A stretch of DNA of 12,639 nucleotides, from NCBI GenBank assembly GCA_016748015.1, contig JAAOMT010000210.1, positions 15,040 to 27,678 on the forward strand. Direction: 5' to 3'. The stretch comes from Geosiphon pyriformis uo1. Lineage: Eukaryota; Fungi; Glomeromycota. Made by a program: the position numbers and the translations under genes. The notes below the pieces were generated by a model that was not told where the DNA came from, ran no database searches, and worked only from the letters and a program-made list of their open reading frames with translations. Each line of letters begins with the position of its first letter. Within the stretch, counting starts at the first letter, position 1. Below are positions 1 through 9,799 of the stretch, piece by piece.

Positions 1-521
1 GATTAATTAATATATCAATAATTAATATTTTCGAATAGGACTTCATATATATTGATTTAAATTATATATTTATAATTTCTTTATTAATAATCACATTTCA
101 AATTAATATTAGAGAGAATGTATTTAAGGTTTATTAAGGAAACTATTTTTCATGAAAATTCTTTGAGGAAATTTTTACCTCTTAAAGCGATATTTTCCAA
201 ATATTCAAACTTAAATTTTTTTATCTTATTCCTTCAACTCTGAATTTTCTATTATTACTGCTGCTAAAAGGCATCATGAAAGTTCCCAAAGTTTAATTAT
301 TAAAATTATTAATTTTTAATAAATGTTTATTTAATATACTTTACAAAAACTAACAATTATACAAATCAAGAAAAAAAATAAAATAAATAGTGGAAAAAAA
401 TAAATAAGTTGATATTATTGTATTGATTTAAGTGTAAATTCGAATGTAAATATTCTTTTACAGCTTTAAAAAATCTTACTTATATACTTTTAAAAAAAAA
501 TTAATGATCAAATCAATGATT

Positions 522-629
522 ACATTAATAATTTAATTAATAATTAAATTTATAATTAAGTTAATAATCAAGTTAATAAATAAGTTATTAAATAAGTTAT
601 TGATCAAATTAATAATCATATTAATAATT
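522..629 (+). repeat. Degenerate 12-bp tandem repeat (about 9 copies, consensus near AAGTTAATAATC)
   Basis: Units in register at 558 AAGTTAATAATC, 570 AAGTTAATAAAT, 582 AAGTTATTAAAT, 594 AAGTTATTGATC, 606 AAATTAATAATC, with weaker copies either side. Confidence 0.7.
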
Positions 630-744
630 AATTCTAAAAATAAAATAACTAATTAATAATATTAGTAACTAATACATATGATTAATTATAATTAAGTAAA
701 TAATTAAAAGTTAAAAAGTAAAAGTTTCAATTATAACAATATTA

Positions 745-759
745 TTTTTAACAAATTTT
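745..759. repeat. LINE target-site duplication, left copy (TTTTTAACAAATTTT)
   Basis: Identical 15-mer at 8046-8060; abuts and merges with the poly(A) tail. Confidence 0.8.
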
Positions 760-770
760 TTTTTTATTAT
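756..770 (-). other. LINE 3' end: AATAAA signal fused to poly(A) tail
   Basis: Minus strand reads ATAATAAAAAAAAAA about 125 nt after the ORF2 stop (TAG at 892-894). Confidence 0.85.
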
Positions 771-891
771 GAGATTAATAAGTAAAGCCCAACTGCTATC
801 TAATACATAGAACCAAACTAAGTAAAACAAATTAAACACAGCTTACACACTTATTATATGTGATTAGTCACTCAAACCAGACAAAGCAATA

Positions 892-3800
892 CTACACATC
901 TATGTCAACAAAAGCATTATCATCTAAACCTAAAAAAAAAATAACACATTCTGCATCTATCAATACTAACAGCAAAAAATTTTACAATACCAAACATACA
1001 AATTACTTCATCTAACAACAAGACATTATATAATAAGACAAACCCAAAACCAAATTATCATTGCTGACCAAACCAGTCTTTTTTATATTTACTCTATGCT
1101 TAGATCTAACAAGCCACATCTTAGTATAATGTAAGTCTATTACAAACTTAATGTATTCAACAATAACCAAAACAATCTTTTTTATTTTTTCAAAAACTAA
1201 AACAGTCTTAGCAAGCCAATTCTTTAACACAAAACCTTTGTAAATCACAGCATAAAGACCTATATCTAAAGAACACATTAAAAGTGATCACAAAACAACA
1301 CAATTTATTTCTTTAATCATAATACTCAGAACTATATCATAACCAAAACCAGTCTTCCAATAAGCATAGCAAATTAACTAATACAGATTATAAACAAAAT
1401 AATGGGCTTTACCAAACACAGCAGTACTCTTAGCAACTAAAAACAGTTTTTAAATCCCAACTGGCAAAGAAAAAGAAGTAGAAGTGGTCTTGCTAGCCAA
1501 TTTATTAGTCTTAATATTATTCAAAACTTCTAAATATCTCTTAACTTTTACTTATTTAACTAAAATATTTTTATTTCTAATAAAATTGGCTATATGCAAT
1601 CTTTCAATCTAACATTAACTGCAGAAATCTGACACAGCAAACAAAACTTTAAATACACAAACATTAATTATAAATTGACTGTTTAAATAAAGAACTACAG
1701 TACAAAAAAATAGAACATACTTCAAAGTCAAAGCAACAGCTTGCAACTTAGCCAAAGTAAAAAACAAAAGCCCAAACACTTTGAATTCAATAACCATATC
1801 CACAACTGGAAAGTAAGCAGCTGTCTTACTTATCATCTTAGCAGAACCAGCACTCTTTAAGAATTTATTTGTGTAGATTTCAATATAATTTAACCAAATC
1901 TCTCAAAATCTAAAACATTCAACACAAACAACTTGAAATTACCACCAGACTTATCTTTTAAAAAAGCATTATTTCTTATAAATTCAGAAGCCAATATAAA
2001 CCAGTAAAGCATAAAGCCCTTCAGATCCAATTTTTTTTACTATTAAAATGTTTTCCAGTCTATTATATTTTCTTTCTTATCTAAAAATCTGTCACCAAAT
2101 GCCATACCAAACCATTTCAAAAAAAAACAGAATTGTAAAACAAGAGCTGTTTCAAAATACTAAACATTAAAAATTTATTAAAGCTATAAAAAGCATTAAG
2201 TAAATTGTTTATTAAAGACAATTTATTATCCAAAAATATTTTCATCATATTGGCCAAAAAATTATTTGCTAAATTAATATACAACTTGACAAAAAACTGC
2301 AAAAAATGCAAAGAAAACTATTCAAAAACCTGTAAATTTAAAAATTTGTGTTTAAATAACTATCCAAAAATGCTTTAAGTATTTGAAAAAAAGACCAATA
2401 AAGTTAACTTCTCTTCAGATTAAACTTGCTTAAAAAGTTTTAAATTATACAAAGATAAATGGTATAACATCTCATTAAAAAAGTTGCATGGTAAATTAGC
2501 CTTAATTTTAAGACTTTTTTTAATTATTACATCTCACTTGTGGCACATATATATAAAAACAAAACTAAATTATATCTAAAAGTTAACTATAGGCTGCAGA
2601 ATAACTGAAACTAAGTAAAAAAATTATTTATCTGTGATAGTCTTTCTCAATACCATATTAAAAAAAAATCTGACATTCACATAAATTTGAGTCAAACTAA
2701 GTTTAAAAAGATTTTTAATAGACAAAAAAATTCCAAAGTATTTGTGTGATTTACTTTTTTTAGCAATTGAAATTGGCAGACCATTAATCAAAAGTAAAAC
2801 AGTCTTAACACCTTGATTGATGGGAATAGCCACCATCTTATTATTATTAATTAAAATATTATTGACAACAAAGAACTTATTAACAATATTCAAAATGTAC
2901 TGTGCAAAAGCTTAACAACTTCTGACCCAAATTGTATTATCAACAAAGACACTAGTAGCAAAAAAAGAAGTTTTCCCTCCAATAGTCTTAACTCTACCAG
3001 ACTTGATCACAAACTTAGTAATAATTTTGTATTTATATAAGTGCTTATGTCTCTTTATCTTGCATAAAAGTAGATTATAGAAAATTTTTTAAAGAAATAC
3101 AGAAAACACTTCATCTTGATTCAGACTATTATGAATCCTATAACTATCTAAAAGTTTAAAATTTGTTATTACTCTATTGAACTGATCCTTATGAATATTG
3201 GTAAAAAAGCTGATAAATCAATTACATATTTTGATGTAATACAAACTAGCTTTCAAATAATGCCAGCCTACTGAATTATAAGCTTTACACATATTTTGTA
3301 GTATTAACTAAAGCTTTCTGTTCTTTTCTAAAGCATTCTTGACAACTGATCCAATAGCAAAAATAGGAGACTGAGTCAAAGTACCTTTCAACACCAAAAA
3401 ATTATCACCATAAAAAATGTTAAACTTGTTGTAAGCTGATAATATTTGATTAAAGAGAATTTTTGACAAGATCTTATGGGTTATTTTGACTAATGCAATA
3501 GGCCTAGTATTCGTTAAAACTTTATTCTATTTATAAAGTTTTAGATTTATTAAAACTCATGTCCTTTTTTAAAAAGTTAGAATTACATCCAAAGTCAAAT
3601 ATAAATTCAATAATTCCAAAAAACACACCAACACCTTATTACTACAATGCTTCTAAAGCTTATTAAGTATTCCTAACAATCTGGCAGCTTTATCATTTGG
3701 CAAATTACCAATAACTAAAGACAGCTCTCCTATATCAATTACTTTTATAACACTTAAGAAAGCATTATTGTCCACATAATCCAGAGGCATATATTAATAA

Positions 3801-5221
3801 GACCAAAGATTAGACATTCTTGGAAGCACTGACCATTTTCTTGTATATCTTATCATAATTTTATTCATCTTAAGTTTCACTTTATTAAGTTTAACCATTA
3901 AGTGATCCAAAACAATCTTGTAAAATGGACATTTCAAGATATTCTTAATTATTCATCTTTTGTTTGAACAGAAATTTTTTATATAATAGTCAATCATTTT
4001 TCTGATAGCCATATTTTTAATAGTCTTTGACTCATAATACTTAAACTTTTAATATTTCTTTCTTATTATTGACAAATATCTAACCAATTCTATTGAATTC
4101 ACACTATCTAGAATCATGCCAACAACCTTAGATGCCACAACTTTATCAATAGCTAACCAAATTTTAACAAGACAATTAAAATCTGAAAAATTTTCATTTT
4201 ATAATCTTAATAATAAGTTGTTCCAACTTAAAAAATTTTGAAGAATGTTTGTTTCTTGAATAATCAAATTTACTAAACCAAGTTCTAAAAAATACTCTAT
4301 TAACAGCTTATATTATGGCTTCTTCCAACACTTTTCATATTGTATTTAAATCACTTTTGTCTTTTGCAATTTCAAATATGCTTGATCTCACCAACAATTC
4401 AGCAGAAAAATGCTTCTTGAAATACAATTACTGGGCCTTATCCACATTTTTCAACTTGAATTTTTACCAGTTTCAGTTGGCCTGCTTATGAATATTGTTA
4501 AAATAAACATTCAAAAATCCACTCAAACTAACTAAGATTGAAACTGCCTTATGATTTGTATCAAAAAACCCTAATACATCATTAACTTTATGTAATATAA
4601 CTGCAAATGTCAGGTTTTTACTTATAAAAATAAAATCAATAACCTTTTTAATGCTCCTAGAATTGCTCTAAGTAAGAGTTTTAACCAATAAATGTCTACA
4701 AAACAAGTTAATCAACCCTGAGTCTACACAAAACTTGAAACTTGCATTCTTTTTAGTATTATTCTTATTAAAATTTCCACTTAATACCACAAAAATACTA
4801 TTGTTAACCACATTGGCAATAAAAAAATTAACAATAGATGTCTGACCAAACTTTATTTTGGTAGAAGCACCAGCATACAAACCTAGAACTATAACTAACA
4901 ACTTTTCTTTAAACAGAAACTTAACTGACAAAATTCTATCAGAAACTTTTTCCATTTTAAACATATGCTAAGCCAGAAAATTGTTCACAATAATAGCCAC
5001 TCCAGCACCAAAAAACTCTTATCCAAACCAGATATAAAGATCTGAACTTTATCAAATTTGTTCATATTCTATGGTTTAATACTAGATCTTAATTTTGTCT
5101 CAATAATAATAAAAACCATATTATCTAAATTCATATGCCAATAAACAATGCTTTCTTGTTTTGCAGAGACATTAATGCCTTAAAAATTACACATAACAAA
5201 TTTTTATACCAGATCTATTAT
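892..5221 (-). pseudogene. LINE ORF2 polyprotein relic: AP endonuclease, reverse transcriptase, RNase H
   Basis: Hand translation. APE: CNF*GIN, IIETKL, GAGVAII, GLYA, VLSGNFN (GDFN), T*SNS..IDFIF, DTNH (SDH-equivalent, about 4550-4562). RT: NTRPIALV (about 3488-3512), QNMCKAYNSV (D..KAYD.V, about 3270-3298), LNQDEVFS (G..QG..LSP-equivalent), FVDN (YxDD, 2936-2947), HKYFGI (YLG). RNase H: IYTNKF (YTDGS), AKLQAV (AEL.A), YLNSQ (SDSQ), *VKVKRY (WVKGH-equivalent). Many stops and frameshifts. Confidence 0.93.
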
Positions 5222-5921
5222 TGAAAAGGATAAGCAATAAGAACCAGATTAACATTGTTTATTTTAGCCAATAAGTTCATAACTATAATTGACAGATTGT
5301 TTAAAGTGTCTTTCAGTTTTAAAATAACTAATGAATCAAAATTTACTGCATCCATAATAGTTTTACTACTAGTGACTATATTTAAACTTTTACTTATTAC
5401 TATATTCACTTCTTAATTCTGTAAAAAAAGAGTTATTAATAGCTAATATCTAAGATTAAACTAAGAAACCATTGGCCCAGATGTGTCCAACCTCTTAGCC
5501 AACTTATCAATATATTCAGTAAAGCTGACAAGACTATGCTTAAAAGTGGCAAACTTATTATTCAATTCTATGAATACCAGCAGAATATATTTCATTTCTA
5601 AAGAAAAGCCAGAATCAACCAAGCCATTTTATGCAGAAAAAAAAGAGAAAAAGAACTTACCAACAACTTTGGCCCATGAGGCATTACCAAAAAAAACAGG
5701 ATGGATGATTAATGTTGAATGTTTAACATAAATGACTGCCAACTTGCTTTTATCTGTGTTTAATAATGTTTTATAAAAAGAATAACCAGAGAAAAAATTT
5801 CTATTTATAAAACAGTCCAAAAACATATGACCTAAATTTTCATATTTTATATATTTGGCAAATCCCAAATAAGACCAGTGTAAATTGGTGCTCCTTAGCA
5901 TAGATGTGGTTACCATGACAG

Positions 5922-6234
5922 TGTTACAGGTAATTATTTCTGGTGTGGGAATAAATAACAAACCTGTAACTTGGTGCTTAAAAGCTATTGATTTCTGTTG
6001 ATGTTGGTATTGGTAATCTGAAGGTTTTGATATCTGAAGGTTTTGGGTTGAGTTCTTTGTATAATAGACAGAGATTCAATTGTAATTGTAACAGTCTTCA
6101 GAATCACAATTCCGTCTAATTTCTTTCTCAGCATAGAGGCCGGATTTATTCTGGCAGTTATGCTCTTCTGATAAGCTATCCAATAATATATAAAATTCTA
6201 CCCTTATTTCTGGGTCTTTTACTAGGCTATCCAT
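5922..6234 (-). pseudogene. ORF beginning inside the LTR (probable N-terminus of the parent element's first, gag-like ORF), one internal TGA
   Basis: ATG at 6234: MDSLVKDPEIRVEFYILLDSLSEEHNCQNKSGLYAEKEIRRNCDSEDCYNYN*ISVYYTKNSTQNLQISKPSDYQYQHQQKSIAFKHQVTGLLFIPTPEIITCN. 104 codons with a single stop (6076-6078), open through the LTR end. Confidence 0.55.
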
Positions 6235-6296
6235 GATGTCAATAACTCAGCATTTTTAATTCTTAATCAATTAGTATACAACAACAAAACAAAGAT

Positions 6297-6330
6297 AGAA
6301 AAGAAAAGAAAAGAAAAGAAAAGAAAGAAA
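6297..6330. repeat. (GAAAA)n microsatellite, a minus-strand polypyrimidine tract inside the LTR
   Basis: Directly visible pentanucleotide run. Confidence 0.9.
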
Positions 6331-6489
6331 GCAAAGAATATGAAATAAAGCAAATAAGCCAAGACAATTCTAATTTGTATCCTGTTAATAGCCATGATTA
6401 AGAGCTATTGTTCCAGTATGATTAAGTATCAGTTACTATCAACATAAAGTGTTAATAGTGAAGAAGAAATTTGATATAGTGAATAATTA

Positions 6490-6775
6490 TTTATTTGAGA
6501 ATTATGGTAACTAAGCTAAGAATTCTTGGTGTTGATTCTGTTTTTTTTGCTTCTAATACTACTGCTATATATACATATTTGAGATTCCTCAATTCCTCAA
6601 TTCCTTGCAACAGGAATTCTGGAATTTTTGGAATCCTGCAATTCCTGATGAGAAGAATCCTGGAATTTTGGAATCTTGCGATTCCTTGTTGGAGAATTCT
6701 GAAATTCCTAGAATTCTGCAATTCTTTTAAGAAAAATCTTGGAATTCCACATTTACTATGTCTACATCTCATTGG
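6490..6775 (-). promoter_or_regulatory. LTR promoter and polyadenylation signals: CCAAT (6771-6775), TATATATA (6566-6573), AATAAA (6490-6495)
   Basis: Motifs seen directly, in the expected order, with the repeat array between CCAAT and TATA. Confidence 0.6.
6584..6748. repeat. About 40-bp tandem repeat (about 3.7 copies) built of 8-9-bp GGAATTCC-like palindromic subunits in the LTR U3 region
   Basis: Units start at 6598, 6639, 6679 and 6719 (CAATTCCT-N7-GAATTCTGGAATTTT(T)GGAATCCTG-like), preceded by ATTCCTCA repeats. Confidence 0.85.
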
Positions 6776-8045
6776 CTAATATCTACTAACTAATAATACT
6801 ATATTTTCCATATTCTATGAGTAACAACAGCTTTCAATAAATCAGCAAAGTCAAAGCATATAACTACATATCTGGCTAAGCATATATAACTAGATAACAG
6901 TTAATAACACAAGTTTTTCCATCTATTAAAATGACATAATTTCAAATATTATGTGCATTGGTTTTTATCAACAAAGTATATAACAGTGGCCTATAATTTT
7001 TTCTTGTATTTTAAGATTCTTTGTCCATATTAGCTTTAACAACATATATAGCATTTTTCTCAATTAAGACAGACTATTTAGCTGCAACCAAATCAGCATG
7101 ATTTGATTGTTTAAATTTTATCACAGTTTTTTGTTATAGCCCCACCAATTAAATATTGATTAACTTAATTATTCTAAATTCAGAAAATGCAGTATATACA
7201 GTCTCAGCTAACATTTCAATTAAGATTTTTTTTACAATTACAGCCCAATCTAAATGCTTAATAGATTTTTTGAGATTGGTATTTACTGTAGTTTTTGTAT
7301 TCATAGCCATATTAAATGCTTGAGCCAAGCTTAATTCAAAAGTAAATATTGCTTAAATAATCTCAACAAATTTTGAGGGAGTAGAGACCTTTCTAAAACT
7401 ATTAATTTTTGAAAATAATTTCTTAATTGTTACTAGTTTTTTTGAGAGAATTTCCCAATCACCTTATCCAAAACAAACAATTTTTTAACCAGAATATTAA
7501 CCAAAATTTTCAAAGGAAAAGGGAGGTTTAGGAAAGCATCTAACAAAATATCATTATCATTACTATTACTCAGAAAATTTATTTTGCCTAATGGTTTTTC
7601 CAAAACTTTCTTGGTTTTAATATGTAAGTCTTTTAACATTTGGTCAGCATTTTTGTTATTAAAAGTGGCTCTATTTCCATAATTAAAACTGATTTCCTTA
7701 ATAAGACACTTTTTTTTTATGTTAACATTAACAAATTTAGTAGTATTACTAGTATTTAAACCCCAAGAATAATTACTTACCATTTTAGCTGAAACTTCTT
7801 TAGTTTTGACATCATTTTTCAAAATATCATTTTTTCTCTTTTTTCTTAACAGCACAGATTTAAAACCATTGATTAAACTAGAATCTTTAACAACTTTTTT
7901 TATGACAGCAATATTAGGGCCAATAATGGCCTTATAATCAAGCAAAAACGGTTTAAATTTATTGTACTGAATAATAAAAAACTTCTTTCAAAAAACTTTT
8001 TTGATTCTTATTTGGGAATTTGAAACAAAAAAGAGAAAGAAGTTT

Positions 8046-8060
8046 TTTTTAACAAATTTT
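8046..8060. repeat. LINE target-site duplication, right copy (TTTTTAACAAATTTT)
   Basis: Identical to 745-759; lies about 100 bp upstream of ORF1, where LINE-like composition gives way to AT desert. Confidence 0.8.
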
Positions 8061-9290
8061 ATATCAAATATTTTAGACCAAAAAAACTAATCAAAGATGA
8101 TATTAATAATTATATTTTGAAAATAATTATATTTTTAAACTAATATATTACAACTTAATTACTAAAATAAAAACATAATAAAAAAACAGAAAAAAAAATT
8201 TAACTAAATATTATAGTTTATTACAATAACTTATTTATAATAATTAGTAAAAAAAAAATATTTAAAATAAATTATTAATTATAACACAAATATTTAATAA
8301 TTATATTTAATTTTGAAATTTATTTATTTTTAATAACTTATTATTTATTTTAATTTTTATAATAAAAAATACATTTTTACAATTTTATTATTATTATATA
8401 AACAATATAACAAACTTAATACCAAAATATTAAATAATTAATAAATATTTGGTTCTTATAAATTAAATTAAGTACACAATTATTAAGTGTTTTAGTATAC
8501 AATCAATTTTTTTCAAATTTTTTAAATTTTGTATTAAAATTAATATATTATAGCTTTAATATTAACTAATTATATTGTAATATTAACTAATTGTATTGTA
8601 ATATTATAATATTTTTATTAAAAAAATAGATAAATCAAGTATTATTGATCTTAATTTTTATAAAAAATTTTACCAAATATGTTTTTAGGCTTATAATCAA
8701 TTAGAATTCTTAATTATTATCTTATAAAATACTTAATAATAATATATTTAACTTTAATTGGTTTTATAATATTTTCTAAATATAAATATAAATTATAAAA
8801 TACTATATAGCATATAATTATATTGTTAAAAAAAAATTATAAAATAAATATTATCAATTAAAATATTTATTAAAATAATATTTTAAAATTTTCAGATAAT
8901 TATTAAATATTAATTAACTTTAAAAAAACTGTTTTTTAAAAATTTTAAAATACAATAATAATAAAAATATTCTCTTATAATTAGATATGTTTGTTATTTA
9001 TTTTACAAAAAACTTTAGAATTTAAATTAAAAACAAATTTGTATAGTATTACAAACAATATATTGTTATAGTCAGATATAACATATTAATAAATAGCAAA
9101 AAAAACAATATTATATAGTGATAAAAATAATTAAAAGATAATTTAACTTTAATAAATTATTTGAATTAGTAAAAATTTAATATATAAGATTAGTTTTATG
9201 TTATTATTCTTTCTAAAAAAATTTGAAGATAGAGAAATAATTTATACTGTCAACAAAAGATAACACACTAATATAATTCTATGTCTTATG
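8061..9290. other. Extremely AT-rich tract, continuous with 300-744 before the LINE insertion
   Basis: Very few G/C, no ORFs in the track; the TSD joins it to the left flank. Confidence 0.7.
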
Positions 9291-9719
9291 TTAATACTCT
9301 TAGAATTCAATATCACACATTCCCAGGAGCATCGTAAGTGTGTTCAGGATTTGATCCGAGGACTTCAGTCACTTTCCGACGCAGTAAACAATTATATTAA
9401 CAACGCATATCCAGGATTATACGCTAAAATGAAAAAACTCAACTTACGTCTTAACACTCCTAAATTTTTTGGAGCCTTCCCCACTATTAGTATTAACTTT
9501 AATAGCATCTGCCAATTTCATCGAGATCTAAAAGATCATCTTAATACACTCTGTATCGTCTGCCCTCTCAGAACGTTTGAGGGTGGGCATCTAGCATTTC
9601 CTGAACTAAAGTTGGCAGTTATGGTGAAGCAAGGGAAAATGAATAAAGCGGGATACAGCGATTCGTCTTCGGCTAGGAAATTAAAATTTTTTTCTAGGTA
9701 TTCAGGCCATAGTAAATAG
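9288..9719 (+). pseudogene. Truncated TET/JBP-like 2-oxoglutarate/Fe(II) dioxygenase
   Basis: FPTISINFNSICQFHRDLKD..TLCIVCPLRTFEGGHLAFPELKLAV..KQG matches the N-x6-HxD-x2-D...GG-x-L-x-FPEL pattern of TET/JBP DSBH cores (HxD at 9519-9527). The distal His and 2OG-binding Arg expected after KQG (about 9635) are absent in all frames. The 5' end abuts the AT desert. Confidence 0.72.
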
Positions 9720-9755
9720 AGTATATAACGAGGTAATAAAAAATACTTATCTTTA

Positions 9756-9796
9756 ATTTAGGGAGGCTTAGCCTCGTTGCTCCGCAACCCCGAAAT
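9756..9796. repeat. Double-hairpin (Y/T-shaped) element
   Basis: Outer stem ATTTAGGG/CCCGAAAT (one mismatch) encloses AGGC-TTA-GCCT and GTTGC-TCC-GCAAC. Confidence 0.75.
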
Positions 9797-9799
9797 CTC

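Larger units (their letters stand above)
5922..6826 (-). mobile_element. Solo LTR (905 bp) of an LTR retrotransposon, probably Ty3/Gypsy-type
   Basis: Termini TGTTAC (5922-5927) and GTAACA (6821-6826) form a 6-bp inverted repeat with TG...CA ends. 4-bp TSD ACAG at 5918-5921 and 6827-6830. CCAAT, TATA and AATAAA occur in U3-R order on the minus strand. Superfamily is inference. Confidence 0.88.
5218..7945 (-). pseudogene. LINE ORF1 (nucleic-acid chaperone, gag-like) relic, interrupted by a solo LTR
   Basis: Basic N-terminus (RKKRK), RRM-like segment WAVIVKKI...TAFSEFRIIKLINI*LVGL*QKTVIKF (about 7110-7250), and degenerate knuckle YIKYENLGHMFLDC (CX2CX4HX4C with both first Cys as Tyr). The frame is restored across the LTR (KAV|MVTT) when the insertion and one TSD copy are removed. 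Stop at 5218-5220. Confidence 0.85.
760..8045 (-). mobile_element. Full-length, inactivated non-LTR retrotransposon (L1-like LINE with APE-RT-RNase H), containing a nested solo LTR
   Basis: Minus-strand order is 5'UTR, ORF1 (RRM-like, CCHC relic), ORF2 (APE, RT, RNase H motifs), short 3'UTR, then AATAAA fused to poly(A) (T run 756-765). Flanked exactly by the direct repeat TTTTTAACAAATTTT at 745-759 and 8046-8060. Clade assignment is inferred from architecture. Confidence 0.93.

Noticed and set aside
1012-5409. Six short minus-strand ORFs as independent genes
   Set aside because: They are consecutive fragments of LINE ORF2 and the end of ORF1.
5483-5731. 82-aa plus-strand ORF
   Set aside because: Antisense shadow of LINE ORF1.
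6016-6045. 14-bp direct repeat ATCTGAAGGTTTTG twice
   Set aside because: Local duplication inside the LTR with no evidence of separate function.
6584-6748. CRISPR-like repeat-spacer appearance
   Set aside because: Spacers are only about 7 nt, repeats are degenerate, there are no cas genes, and the array sits in a eukaryotic LTR.
6491-6779. Two overlapping 93-94 aa ORFs on opposite strands
   Set aside because: By-product of the stop-poor palindromic repeat array; no domain-like content.
8061-8330. Faint resemblance to a hAT/TTF-zinc-finger transposase N-terminus (NILDQKN*, KFN...*LIY)
   Set aside because: Too decayed and low-complexity to support by eye.
9290-9320. Polinton terminal inverted repeat at the GC boundary
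   Set aside because: No AG/AGT-repeat terminus or TSD is visible; the boundary cuts directly into coding-like sequence.
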